Shown piece by piece: positions 1-8,572 of a DNA stretch of 40,357 nt. The notes under the pieces are model-generated. The model was not told the DNA's origin, searched no databases, and saw only the letters and a list, made by a program, of their open reading frames with translations. Where the stretch lies: the IMG/VR virus record IMGVR_UViG_2740892106_000010; one strand, 5' to 3'. Position 1 is the stretch's first letter. Every line of letters begins with the position of its first letter. The DNA comes from a virus. Lineage: Duplodnaviria; Heunggongvirae; Uroviricota; Caudoviricetes. The position numbers were made by a program, and so were the translations under genes.

Positions 1-1251
1 GTGCTTACCGATACAAAATTAAAAAACCTCAAGCCGCAGGACAAACTGTACAAGGTCTCCGATCGTGACGGGCTGTATGTAGCTGTGCTTACGTCAGGCA
101 CGGTCTCGTTTCGCTATGACTACCGTATCAACGGTCGCCGCGAAACACTGGTAATCGGGCAGTATGGGCGTGACGGTATCAGCCTGGCAGAAGCGCGAGA
201 AGAACTGATTGCTGCAAAGAAGCTGCTTAAAGCAGGCCAGTCACCGGCTGCGGCTAAACGTGACGGTATCAAAAAGATTCGTGGTGCCGAGACGTTTGCG
301 GTACATACCGACAGTTATATGAAACATGTCATCCTGGCTGACAGTACCCGCGCAATGAAGCAGGTGGTGATCGACCGTGACATACTTCCGGTTCTTGGCA
401 ACAAAATGATGACTGAAATTACCACATCGATGGTTCGTGATTTGTGTGACCGGATTGTCGAACGCGGCGGCCGGGCAACAGCAGTGCAGGCCAGGGAGAT
501 CATCAGCAGCGTATACCGTCATGCCAATGACCGTGGTCATGGTTTGTTTAATCCTGCGGCTGACATTAAACCTTCGTCTATCGCCATATTTAAACCACGA
601 GAGCGAACACTGACACCAGAAGAAATTGGTCTGTTCTTCCGCACGCTGGATGCCATTGGTGCTATGGGCACTATGAAAATGGCTTTAAAGCTGGTGCTTA
701 TCACTATGGTTCGTAAAGGCGAATTCACCAATGCAACGTGGGATGAAATAGATTTTAAAAAATGGACATGGACAATTCCTTCAGACCGCATGAAGGGAAG
801 CCGGGCGCACGTTATTTACCTGCCTAAACAGGCACAGGATATATTGGTTGGGTTGCAGATGTGCGCTGGTGGAAGTGAATATCTGGTTCCTGGTCGTTAC
901 AATTTCCGGAAGCCATTATCTAATGCCGCGCTGAACTCTCTGATCGACAGAACGGTGAAAATAATAAATGAAGATGGTGAGCATATTCAGGGCTTCACCG
1001 TACACGATATGCGCCGTACAGCCAGTACGTTGTTGCATGAGGCTGGTTATCCTTCAGACTGGATTGAAAAGGCTCTGGCACATGAGCAGAAAGGTGTGCG
1101 CGCCGTATATAACAAAGCGGAATACGCCAGACAGCGCGCCTACATGTTGCAGCAGTGGGCCGATATGATTGATTCCTGGATTAACGGGGAGCATACGGAT
1201 CTGATTCCGTTCTCCCCGTCGAAGTTTGAGAAGTGGATGGCGGGGGAATAA
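1..1251 (+). CDS. int: Tyrosine recombinase (phage integrase); 5-prime end may be clipped by the window edge
   Basis: 416-aa ORF beginning with GTG at position 1; C-terminal catalytic region with HDMRRT and VRAVYNKAEY motifs typical of the R-H-R-Y tyrosine recombinase fold; N-terminal arm-binding-like region. Confidence 0.88.
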   Translation: MLTDTKLKNLKPQDKLYKVSDRDGLYVAVLTSGTVSFRYDYRINGRRETLVIGQYGRDGISLAEAREELIAAKKLLKAGQSPAAAKRDGIKKIRGAETFAVHTDSYMKHVILADSTRAMKQVVIDRDILPVLGNKMMTEITTSMVRDLCDRIVERGGRATAVQAREIISSVYRHANDRGHGLFNPAADIKPSSIAIFKPRERTLTPEEIGLFFRTLDAIGAMGTMKMALKLVLITMVRKGEFTNATWDEIDFKKWTWTIPSDRMKGSRAHVIYLPKQAQDILVGLQMCAGGSEYLVPGRYNFRKPLSNAALNSLIDRTVKIINEDGEHIQGFTVHDMRRTASTLLHEAGYPSDWIEKALAHEQKGVRAVYNKAEYARQRAYMLQQWADMIDSWINGEHTDLIPFSPSKFEKWMAGE

Positions 1252-1254
1252 CGT

Positions 1255-1449
1255 TTAATAGTTCTGCTGATTTTCTTCCATCTCTGCTTCTGCTGCCAGT
1301 GATTCAATTTTGTTTTCGAATATTGCTGACAGTGTTGCAAATTCAGCATCAGTGACAGCGGGAATTGGAACAAACCTGATCCCGCTGTGTGCAAGCATGT
1401 TTGCAGTTTCAAGGCATTTTCTTAAATCTGCTGGTGATGCCATGTTCAT
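1255..1449 (-). CDS. Small acidic hypothetical protein (64 aa)
   Basis: Internal ATG of track ORF 1255..1569; its ATG overlaps the stop of the upstream methyltransferase gene (ATGA overlap), suggesting translational coupling. Confidence 0.4.
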   Translation of the reverse strand: MNMASPADLRKCLETANMLAHSGIRFVPIPAVTDAEFATLSAIFENKIESLAAEAEMEENQQNY

Positions 1450-2096
1450 GCAGCACGCTCCCGCCCCTGGTTGTCTGTTGGTGACAGCGGAGAATTGCTG
1501 AATGCATTTGTTAATCCGCCAATATCCAACGCGTATCCAGGGTGTAGTTGCACTGCCGAGTCTTCGCACTGATTACCCCAAACATCGAAGCCATGAGACG
1601 ACTGGCGGGCGAACAGTTCAATGCGAGAAACATCGCCTAACAATTGCACAAGTTTTTCACGAACGACATCTGGTTTTCTTGAGTGCTCAAGCCGCGGTGC
1701 GGTAAATGACTGAACGATCCCTGCATTAATGCGCGGAGGTAGTTTTCCCTTTACCGCAAACAGGCAATCTTCACTATTGGCGCGAGTCATGTGTCCCATA
1801 CCCATAACCAGTTTATCTGGTTGTCGACTACCACATTTTATCCACGTGAAGCCCTTCATGGTCATAAGACGAAATCCCCAGGCTTCAACAACTTTTAGTG
1901 CTTCGAGTGGTTGTGTTGGCACCCACCACATGGCCAACAGACAGTTTTCAGCGGCCAAATCCCACACAGGAAGGCGGCAGATATCCAGCACACTCATAAC
2001 TGGATATTTAAAACCGGCACCGCGATTACCATCTGCGGCTTTGTCCCGGTATACCCATGGTGGATCTGCATAGATTAGCGTGTATTTCTTAGTCAT
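1446..2096 (-). CDS. MT-A70 family DNA N6-adenine methyltransferase
   Basis: 216-aa ORF with the DPPW catalytic motif (LIYADPPWVY) near the N-terminus, as in phage Dam-like methylases. Confidence 0.85.
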   Translation of the reverse strand: MTKKYTLIYADPPWVYRDKAADGNRGAGFKYPVMSVLDICRLPVWDLAAENCLLAMWWVPTQPLEALKVVEAWGFRLMTMKGFTWIKCGSRQPDKLVMGMGHMTRANSEDCLFAVKGKLPPRINAGIVQSFTAPRLEHSRKPDVVREKLVQLLGDVSRIELFARQSSHGFDVWGNQCEDSAVQLHPGYALDIGGLTNAFSNSPLSPTDNQGRERAA

Positions 2097-2388
2097 AAAC
2101 CACCCCGCAACATCCTATACCGCTATAGTCTCCACGGCGAAGGCCGTTACCTTTTGTGATACATTGGTCCCTGCGAACCGCGATCCTTGCACGCTCAACA
2201 TCACCAGAAGCAACATCCATACACTGAAGCCAAAGGTGGGCGGCAATGCGGAACTGCCCTTTTTTCTCTCTTTCAATCGCGCGTTTTTCGAACTCTATCG
2301 CCGCAGGAGTAACGGCGATAACCTTTGAAGGACGGCGCATTGAAACCTTGTTCATGTGATATTTTTCAAGTCGGCTTAACTTTCTCAC
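2089..2388 (-). CDS. Hypothetical protein
   Basis: 99-aa ORF with a GAGAGGG Shine-Dalgarno before a GTG start; an in-frame ATG at 2355 is an alternative start. Confidence 0.4.
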   Translation of the reverse strand: MRKLSRLEKYHMNKVSMRRPSKVIAVTPAAIEFEKRAIEREKKGQFRIAAHLWLQCMDVASGDVERARIAVRRDQCITKGNGLRRGDYSGIGCCGVVYD

Positions 2389-2497
2389 TTAATCCAACCC
2401 TCTCTGAAAATTAATGCCAGCAGATAAAGCCATGCTGAAACAGAGGCCAGGAATAAGTACCATCCTGACCATTTGCTCCAGTGCCTTAGCAGCGCAC

Positions 2498-2746
2498 TCA
2501 TGCAGCGTTGCTCACAGGACGATATACACGTTGCTGAACAGGAGGCTTTTTACCCTGGAACTCTGCCGGGCTTGCTGCCTGACGTTCATCAAGCCAACGC
2601 TCAACTTCGTCACGGTTCCATGCGCAGCGTTTGTCAGTGATATACCAGCGTTTAGGAAATTCCCCTGCGCGCTCCATACGGTCGATAGTGCTCCATGACA
2701 GTGGCACCACCGCCAGGAGTTCCTTCTTACCTAATGCACCTTTCAT
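2498..2746 (-). CDS. AlpA/Xis-like small HTH DNA-binding protein (excisionase or transcriptional regulator family)
   Basis: 82-aa ORF with GAGG RBS; sequence LSWSTIDRMERAGEFPKRWYI...WNRDEVERWLDER resembles the AlpA/excisionase winged-helix family. Confidence 0.65.
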   Translation of the reverse strand: MKGALGKKELLAVVPLSWSTIDRMERAGEFPKRWYITDKRCAWNRDEVERWLDERQAASPAEFQGKKPPVQQRVYRPVSNAA

Positions 2747-2795
2747 AAATACCTCTCTTGGTTGCAGTGCGGCGCGCGTGGCGCCGCGGTGGTGG

Positions 2796-3737
2796 TTACA
2801 TAGATGTTTCGTTTAATTCTTCCCGACGAACGCTGTAAACGTCGGTGGCTTTTGCCAGCAGTTCGTCATCATCTGAAAGTTTCTGTTCAATGTATTTGTA
2901 AGCCTTATCCAGTTCGGAGACAGTGCTGTAATTCATCGCTGCGCTGGTAAAGGCCATCAGCATTTCTTCTGGATCACGGCTATCCGCTTTACGCGTTTGC
3001 TCATCAGGCTTTTTCACTGGTTTAGCGTTGATCAGACTGTTCATTCCCGCAGCAGTGGTCGTTTGCGGAGTAATGTCTCGCTCAACGCGCGGTGCCGTTT
3101 CCTGTAATTCGTCAGGGGTGTAGACGCCCATGATTACGTCAGGACAGTGCAAGCGAGACCAGCGTTTTGTCGCAAGGTATGCGAGTTGTTGTTTCGGATC
3201 ACTGGCCCAAAGTGTGGAGTTTCTTACCTGTGCTTGAGACAGCATTAACTCAAGCACTCGAGGTTGATCCTCGCCCTTCATGGTTGCCCATACGCGAACA
3301 CCGCAGCCTTCTTCGTCTTTTAGAGTCCAGCCTGGTGCGATATATGGATTGCCGTTTTTGGATGTTTTCTCAACAAACTTACCGATCACGCGTTCCCACG
3401 GCCCGAACCACTCGTAGTTGATGCGATCTTTTGTTGGCGACATCGTTGAGATAACTGCGTTTACTAATTGGGCTTCATAACCTAGCGTGCCGTTCACAAC
3501 ATGGGTTTTCTGAGCCACGGCAAACGGGTTCATTCCCCACTGCGCAGCCTGCATTGCCACGGCCATGCAATCAGCTGGTTTCCCGGCGAGGTGCGCCGGT
3601 ACCGTTACGCGGCTTTGCGCCATTACCTCGGCGAATTTCATCAGTTGGTTCAAGCCGTCTGGGCTGAAAATAGTTGCAGCAGTTCCAGCGATTGCTGTGT
3701 CTACTGGTGCGTTGATGTTTGCGATGTCGTTGCTCAT
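2796..3737 (-). CDS. Single-strand annealing recombinase (RecT/Bet-like)
   Basis: ATG at 3737 overlaps the stop of the upstream exonuclease gene (ATGA); size and position immediately downstream of a RecE-type exonuclease match a phage recombination module; family assignment is from memory of similar proteins, not a search. Confidence 0.6.
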   Translation of the reverse strand: MSNDIANINAPVDTAIAGTAATIFSPDGLNQLMKFAEVMAQSRVTVPAHLAGKPADCMAVAMQAAQWGMNPFAVAQKTHVVNGTLGYEAQLVNAVISTMSPTKDRINYEWFGPWERVIGKFVEKTSKNGNPYIAPGWTLKDEEGCGVRVWATMKGEDQPRVLELMLSQAQVRNSTLWASDPKQQLAYLATKRWSRLHCPDVIMGVYTPDELQETAPRVERDITPQTTTAAGMNSLINAKPVKKPDEQTRKADSRDPEEMLMAFTSAAMNYSTVSELDKAYKYIEQKLSDDDELLAKATDVYSVRREELNETSM

Positions 3738-4555
3738 ATGTACATATCCTGTTTGCGTGCCCACTCAGGGCGTTTAATGATTTCCACACCGCCCCATTCA
3801 TCATTGATGCGGCATTCGTGATAGGTATTCAGATCCCGGCGGAACAGAGCGTGCCCGGCATCGACATCCTGCGCATCCAGCTCGAACACGCGTACCGGAT
3901 ACCGACCACAATCAATGCTTTCGCTCACGGCAAGAAAGAAAAAACCATGCGGCTGACCAGTAACCCTCATTGCGCCTTCGCGGTACATTGCGTCCTGCAC
4001 GTGGTAGCGGAATTCCTCGATGTGGCGTGCAAAACGGTCCATATCTGCAACCTTTTTCACGTCGACGATCACGTTGTGCTCGTTCAGCCATTTGTCTGGA
4101 CGAATTCGGCACAACTCCCCCGTCTCTTCATCGTTCCAGTACATTGATGCTTCGCAGTAACCAGGTGCTTCCAACATCCAGCGTGCCGCCGGGTGAGCCA
4201 TTGCGCTATCACGCATCAGCTCCAGTTTCCGCCACTGCTCTGCATCAAGTACCGAAATCCCCATATCCGCAATATCACGAAGAAATGCCTCTTCGTCAGC
4301 TTTACCTTGTTTCGTCCGACGTTCGAATTTCGGTGAAACAATGAAGCGTTTGTCGAACTCTCCAGGCTCCAGAAGCAGACAGTGCAATGCGGTTCCCATA
4401 TCCAGTGCAGACTTTTTCTCTTCGTCTTCTGGTGCTGCCTGAACCCATTTAAGAAGCGCCGGATTCTTGGCAACCATGTCCAGTTGCGACTTACTCACGC
4501 CGTCACCGGCGTGGTAGTCTTCGTTGCTGATGTCGAAATAAATTCCCGGTTTCAT
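3734..4555 (-). CDS. PD-(D/E)XK recombination exonuclease (RecE C-terminal domain / YqaJ-like)
   Basis: 273-aa ORF with AGAGGGA RBS; N-terminal FDISNEDYHAG...SKSQL motif and IVDVKK motif typical of phage PD-(D/E)XK exonucleases. Confidence 0.7.
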   Translation of the reverse strand: MKPGIYFDISNEDYHAGDGVSKSQLDMVAKNPALLKWVQAAPEDEEKKSALDMGTALHCLLLEPGEFDKRFIVSPKFERRTKQGKADEEAFLRDIADMGISVLDAEQWRKLELMRDSAMAHPAARWMLEAPGYCEASMYWNDEETGELCRIRPDKWLNEHNVIVDVKKVADMDRFARHIEEFRYHVQDAMYREGAMRVTGQPHGFFFLAVSESIDCGRYPVRVFELDAQDVDAGHALFRRDLNTYHECRINDEWGGVEIIKRPEWARKQDMYI

Positions 4556-4851
4556 GCCGCGTCCCTCTGCCCATCAAGCTGATCAGCCAGATCCCAGCGG
4601 GCGATAATTGCCATTGCCTCTCGCCGGTAGGAATCCATCAGTTCTTCGAACTCTGGACTGTCTTTAGCGGCCTCCAGTACTTCCTGGCGAACGCCTTTAC
4701 CTGTTACAGCGTCGAAAGTTGAGGCCAGTTGATGAAGCCGGATGCTCTCGATCAGTTCAACTTGTCGGTCATATAGCTGTTCTGACAGGCGGTAGTCCTT
4801 GTCGAATGCCAGCATGATTTTTTGAAGATTTTTCTGCTGATTAACGTTCAT
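4552..4851 (-). CDS. Hypothetical early protein
   Basis: Track ORF 4552..4866 trimmed to the ATG at 4851, which has a strong GGGAGGG RBS; stop overlaps the start of the exonuclease gene. Confidence 0.5.
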   Translation of the reverse strand: MNVNQQKNLQKIMLAFDKDYRLSEQLYDRQVELIESIRLHQLASTFDAVTGKGVRQEVLEAAKDSPEFEELMDSYRREAMAIIARWDLADQLDGQRDAA

Positions 4852-4853
4852 TA

Positions 4854-5006
4854 TCAGCCCTCCCATATCTCGTTATCGTTGGCCACATCGCGAGCTTCTT
4901 TGCTGACGAAAGCCCACTTAATGCCTTCCTGTAAGGTGCGGAACTTCCAGCTCATGAATCCGCATGCAGTAACGCAGTACCAACCGTTGATGATTTTCCA
5001 CTGCAT
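4854..5006 (-). CDS. Small hypothetical protein (50 aa), first ORF of the leftward early operon
   Basis: ORF below the track length cut-off; GAGGT-like RBS upstream of ATG at 5006; lies directly downstream of the leftward early promoter. Confidence 0.3.
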   Translation of the reverse strand: MQWKIINGWYCVTACGFMSWKFRTLQEGIKWAFVSKEARDVANDNEIWEG

Positions 5007-5025
5007 AACTTGTTACCTCGGTCTG

Positions 5026-5102
5026 TTACCGTTGAGGTAATAATTATGCGTATTTGGTTTGATGTCAATAGATATGAGTTAAAAAAATTACCCATTAGGT
5101 AA
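5026..5102. promoter_or_regulatory. Leftward early promoter bracketed by two TTACC-N5-GGTAA palindromes
   Basis: Perfect palindromes at 5026..5040 and 5088..5102; on the minus strand a consensus -35 TTGACA (plus coordinates 5063..5068) and a TAATTA/AATTAT -10 about 17 bp downstream, with the -10 abutting the 5026 palindrome. Confidence 0.55.
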
Positions 5103-5114
5103 TAGTATAGGCAA

Positions 5115-5138
5115 TAAAAAAGCCGCCAGAAGGCGGCT
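5115..5138 (-). terminator. Rho-independent terminator after the repressor gene
   Basis: GC-rich hairpin AGCCGCC-agaa-GGCGGCT followed on the minus strand by a T-run, just downstream of the stop at 5160. Confidence 0.6.
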
Positions 5139-5159
5139 TACTTACTGAAAAATATGATT

Positions 5160-5744
5160 TTATTGTTTGTTTTTTTCGTTCTGGTTGATGACAAATTCAA
5201 TGTAACTTTCGATCTTTGCTTTCTCGGTTTCGGGTAACAATGCGTAGCGCGAGCGGTCATAGTTGATGGTCGCAGGGTCGTGCGGGTGAATCAGTAATTC
5301 ATAGCCGTGACGCCCGAATGCTGATGCAACATTCTCCAGGGTGGAAATGGAAACACTGACCTCATTGTTTAACAGGCGGCTGATTGTCACCTGGGCGACG
5401 CCGGATGCGCGGTGAAGTTTTCCCTGAGTTGAAAGGTCGCGGCTTTCGCTCATCCAGCGTTCCAGGTTGTGAGCCGCCAGCTGACCAATGTCGCTTGGGC
5501 CGACAGGCTGAAAACCTTCCTGAGAAAGCGAGCGATCGATATCAAGCCAGTTACGTGGTTTATTGGCGGCAGCTTCAATTTTTCGCGCAACCTGGTCGCC
5601 GATAACCTTCTTGCCAAGAGCCCAGCGGTTTACCAGATTTGCCTGAGTTCCAAGTTTTTCTGCCATCCGCGTCTGAACACCATTGAATTCACGGTCGATC
5701 AAGTCGTTGAGATTTTGCCTGCGGACGTCCTGGATACTTTTCAT
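5160..5744 (-). CDS. Prophage repressor candidate with two helix-turn-helix (XRE-type) domains and no peptidase S24 domain
   Basis: 194-aa ORF; two HTH-like segments (QTRMAEKLGTQANLVNRWALGKK and VAQVTISRLLNNEVSVSISTLENVA); divergent from a cro-like gene with operator-like palindromes between them; no Ala-Gly/Ser-Lys autocleavage module evident. Confidence 0.7.
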   Translation of the reverse strand: MKSIQDVRRQNLNDLIDREFNGVQTRMAEKLGTQANLVNRWALGKKVIGDQVARKIEAAANKPRNWLDIDRSLSQEGFQPVGPSDIGQLAAHNLERWMSESRDLSTQGKLHRASGVAQVTISRLLNNEVSVSISTLENVASAFGRHGYELLIHPHDPATINYDRSRYALLPETEKAKIESYIEFVINQNEKNKQ

Positions 5745-5799
5745 TTTCTGGAAAATCGCCTCATATATGAATCAGTAGATGATTCAATTTAAAGCAATA

Positions 5800-5862
5800 T
5801 TACCCAACAGGTAAATGCACCTCATGGGTAACTATCCTTGATTTTTGTTACCTTATGGGTGA
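5800..5862. promoter_or_regulatory. Immunity-region operators between the divergent repressor and cro-like genes
   Basis: Three adjacent sites: TTACCcaacaGGTAA (5800..5814, perfect), GCACCtcatgGGTAA (about 5817..5831, degenerate left half) and TTACCttatgGGTGA (5848..5862, one mismatch); a TTGATT -35-like hexamer lies between them. Confidence 0.6.
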
Positions 5863-5898
5863 ATATTTATTATCTGAAATAAATATCAGGCAATAGCT

Positions 5899-6129
5899 AT
5901 GAGCGATAACGGACATTTCGATTTCAAAAAGCACTGGCTTGCACTTACTCCGGATGAGCGTGAAGCCTTCGCACAGGAAGCCGGAACGACGAGTCACTAT
6001 ATCCAGACTCACTTAACAGGTAAGCGCAAAATGCCAGGTAAAGTATTGATGAATGGGCTTTTTAAAGCCTGTAAAACAAGACAATGGCTGCGCTCAAAAG
6101 CAGAACTGGCATACTTCTTCTACTCATGA
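5899..6129 (+). CDS. Cro-like small HTH regulator
   Basis: 76-aa ORF divergent from the repressor; HTH-like segment AQEAGTTSHYIQTHLTGKR; followed by an intrinsic terminator. Confidence 0.55.
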   Translation: MSDNGHFDFKKHWLALTPDEREAFAQEAGTTSHYIQTHLTGKRKMPGKVLMNGLFKACKTRQWLRSKAELAYFFYS

Positions 6130-6151
6130 TATCCAGCTACAACCCTCTGTA

Positions 6152-6174
6152 GACCGCCACCCGGCGGTCTTTTC
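6152..6174 (+). terminator. Rho-independent terminator after the cro-like gene
   Basis: Hairpin GACCGCC-accc-GGCGGTC followed by TTTTC. Confidence 0.6.
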
Positions 6175-6184
6175 ATATCTATTC

Positions 6185-6199
6185 GTACCTCAAAGGTAA
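6185..6199. promoter_or_regulatory. Operator-like site GTACC-N5-GGTAA (one mismatch to the TTACC-N5-GGTAA palindrome)
   Basis: Lies between the cro terminator and the downstream replication genes. Confidence 0.4.
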
Positions 6200-6277
6200 T
6201 AAAAAACCAAATCTGGTTGATCAAATTTTCCAATTGTGCAAAATAGCCAATATCAATAACAAAAAGGGGCGGAAAAA

Positions 6278-6490
6278 TTGAAGATAGTAACCAGAATGGA
6301 GGCCGCAAAAGCCGGGTTAAATCGCTATTTCACAGGAAAGCGGTGCCGTCACGGCCATCTCTCTGAAAGGTATGTTCTGAACGGAACATGTGTTGAATGT
6401 GCAATGAATAGCGCCAACCGCCATCGTAATGAATTTGCTTGTGCACTAAAGAGTGCAAGAGGGGAAACCTATGGCAAGCAGCTGGATTAA
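6278..6490 (+). CDS. Small Cys/His-rich hypothetical protein
   Basis: 70-aa ORF (TTG start in track; alternative ATG at 6296); C-x-H-G-H...C-x-x-C pattern suggests a small zinc-binding protein; sits where cII-like genes occur in lambdoid phages. Confidence 0.4.
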   Translation: MKIVTRMEAAKAGLNRYFTGKRCRHGHLSERYVLNGTCVECAMNSANRHRNEFACALKSARGETYGKQLD

Positions 6491-7301
6491 GGTTGAAGTT
6501 ATCACTCCTGATAAACCTGAAATTTTTCAGATAGCAGAAATTCTGGGTATTGATCCAGATGCTGTTCTTGGAAAGCTGGTTCGTATATGGGCATGGGCTG
6601 ACCAGCAAACAATAGACGGTAACGCTGGCAGCGTTACAAAAGGAGTACTTGATAGACTCGCTTTTATTACAGGATTTGCTGACGCCCTCATTAGCGTCGG
6701 ATGGCTTGCTTATCATGACGGCAAACTAATTCTTCCAAACTTTGAGCGACATAATGGAGAATCATCGAAAAAACGTGCACTTACGAATAGAAGAGTGGCA
6801 GAGCATCGAAAACGAGTAACGCAAAAAGTAACGCCAACAGCGTTACAAAAGGAGTTACCAGAGGAAGAGGAAGAGGAAGATATATATAAAACCCCACACA
6901 TAGCGCACGTGCGCGAGGGTGCTCCGACCAGTGAAGCGAACGGTATGCCGTTGCAGGTGGCTGAACCTGAATTTCTGGATGGCCTGAGTGAACCCATCGG
7001 GAAATTTCCGATGACCGATGGCTGGCATCCGTCGCCGGATTTTCGACGGCGTGCTGCGCTGTGGGGAACGGCCCTGCCGGAACCGGAATTTACACCTGCT
7101 GAACTTGCTGCATTCCGGGATTACTGGATGGCTGAGGGCAAAGTGTTCACGCAGGTTCAGTGGGAACAAAAATTCGCCAGGCACGTAAATCATATCAGGG
7201 GAAAATCAAAAAACGCCGGGAAAAGCGATGAGCTTGACTGGAATAACACTGACTGGATAGAAGGGGTGTGGGATGAAATCAACTCCAGAACTTCTCAATG
7301 A
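6471..7301 (+). CDS. Replication initiator, lambda O-like replisome organizer
   Basis: ATG at 6471 with GGGGAA RBS, in frame with track ORF 6453..7301; acidic linker (EEEEEED); contains DNA-level iteron-like repeats as lambda O does; immediately upstream of a lambda P-like gene. Confidence 0.65.
   Translation: MASSWIKVEVITPDKPEIFQIAEILGIDPDAVLGKLVRIWAWADQQTIDGNAGSVTKGVLDRLAFITGFADALISVGWLAYHDGKLILPNFERHNGESSKKRALTNRRVAEHRKRVTQKVTPTALQKELPEEEEEEDIYKTPHIAHVREGAPTSEANGMPLQVAEPEFLDGLSEPIGKFPMTDGWHPSPDFRRRAALWGTALPEPEFTPAELAAFRDYWMAEGKVFTQVQWEQKFARHVNHIRGKSKNAGKSDELDWNNTDWIEGVWDEINSRTSQ
6619..6855. repeat. Iteron-like repeats (putative replication origin) inside the O-like gene
   Basis: Palindrome GTAACGC-N5-GCGTTAC at 6619..6637 and 6828..6846, an extra GTAACGC at 6816..6822, and the 16-mer GCGTTACAAAAGGAGT at 6631..6646 and 6840..6855 read in different codon phases; followed by a GA-rich then AT-rich stretch. 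Confidence 0.5.
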
Positions 7302-8049
7302 GTACGATCGCTTACGTGAGCATGGTGTTGCTGTGCATGAAGAGCGGCGTGACAGCAATGGCAAAAAGGAGCAGGTTGCTAGAATTTTCAATGAACTATT
7401 TGTCCAGTTACAGGCTGCATTTCCTGCAAGCGTTTCGACCATAAGGGAGCAGAACAAACTTAATGAATTCCGTAAGCAATGGATGCTTGCGTTTCTGGAG
7501 AATGGGATCACAACAATGGAACAGGTTAACGCTGGTATGCGCCACGCCCGCGCCAGTGAATCTCCGTTCTGGCCGTCGCCTGGGCAATTCATCAAGTGGT
7601 GCAAAGACAGCAAGATGGTTCTTGGCGTCACCATTGACGATGTGATGGCGGAGTTTCACCGGTACAGCAAGGAAAAAAGTTTATATCCTGGTGGTCCCGA
7701 AAGATTCCCGTGGCGACATCCGGTTATGTACTGGGTCGTATGTGATACCCGCCGTGCAATGTATCAGCGCCAGCTTAGCGAGATTGAGGTTGAGAAACAC
7801 GCGCGCAGGCTGCTCGATGATTGGGCGAAAAAGGTGGCTTCCGGACAGCAGATACCCGATCCGGTGATCAGCATACAGGCAAAGCCAGAACCCATGAGTA
7901 CACCTCCGGACACAGGGAGAGACGTTTACCATCCACCAGGGCGAAGTTTCGGGTGTATGCCTAACGCCGCCACCCTGGGGGGAATAACACCGGCGCAGTG
8001 GCTGATGGAGGAATACAGGCGGGGAAAGGCGGCAGGATTTATCAAGTAA
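7273..8049 (+). CDS. Lambda P-like replication protein (helicase loader)
   Basis: Recalled similarity to lambda P: FPAS...REQNKLNEFRKQWMLAFLENGITTMEQVNAGMRHAR...PFWPSPGQFIKWC. Confidence 0.85.
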   Translation: MKSTPELLNEYDRLREHGVAVHEERRDSNGKKEQVARIFNELFVQLQAAFPASVSTIREQNKLNEFRKQWMLAFLENGITTMEQVNAGMRHARASESPFWPSPGQFIKWCKDSKMVLGVTIDDVMAEFHRYSKEKSLYPGGPERFPWRHPVMYWVVCDTRRAMYQRQLSEIEVEKHARRLLDDWAKKVASGQQIPDPVISIQAKPEPMSTPPDTGRDVYHPPGRSFGCMPNAATLGGITPAQWLMEEYRRGKAAGFIK

Positions 8050-8086
8050 TACCAGCGCGATAGCGCATTTTTTTACGTCTTGATAA

Positions 8087-8163
8087 TTACCTGTTTGGTA
8101 ATAAAATATTCTAAACTCTATTGATTTCGTGTCTTATGTGGTTTTTAATTACCTCAGGGGTAA
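8087..8163. promoter_or_regulatory. Promoter bracketed by two TTACC-N5-GGTAA palindromes upstream of gene 8167
   Basis: Perfect palindromes at 8087..8101 and 8149..8163; between them TTGATT (-35-like), a 17-bp spacer containing ATGTGGTT, and TTTAAT (-10-like) abutting the second palindrome. Confidence 0.55.
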
Positions 8164-8166
8164 ATC

Positions 8167-8511
8167 ATGAGAAAACAGATACAGGCTCTTGGTCGACTCA
8201 AAACAGGCCAGATGAACAAAACAGAATCTGCGTATTGCCAGCACCTTGAGCTGCGTAAACGTGCAGGGGAAATCGCCTGGTATCGATTCGAGGGTATCAA
8301 GCTGCGGTTAGCTGATAACACGTTCTATACGCCAGATTTCGCTGTGATGCTCGCCACCGGAGAGATGGAACTGCACGAAGTGAAAGGTTTCTGGACCGAC
8401 GACGCCAGGGTGAAAACCAAAGTCGCCGCAGATCAATATCCGTTCCGAATCATCGGGGTAACTGTTAAGCCAAAGAAAGCAGGTGGCGGATGGAAAATCG
8501 AAGAGTTCTGA
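8167..8511 (+). CDS. PD-(D/E)XK-like nuclease family protein (DUF1064/VRR-NUC-like)
   Basis: 114-aa ORF; YTPDF...ELHEVKG motif consistent with a PD-(D/E)XK fold; family name recalled, not searched. Confidence 0.45.
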   Translation: MRKQIQALGRLKTGQMNKTESAYCQHLELRKRAGEIAWYRFEGIKLRLADNTFYTPDFAVMLATGEMELHEVKGFWTDDARVKTKVAADQYPFRIIGVTVKPKKAGGGWKIEEF

Positions 8512-8572
8512 ATCGACGATCTTTTTAGTTATCAATGTAATCAATAAGTTATGTGGATAAGCGAGGGTAAAG

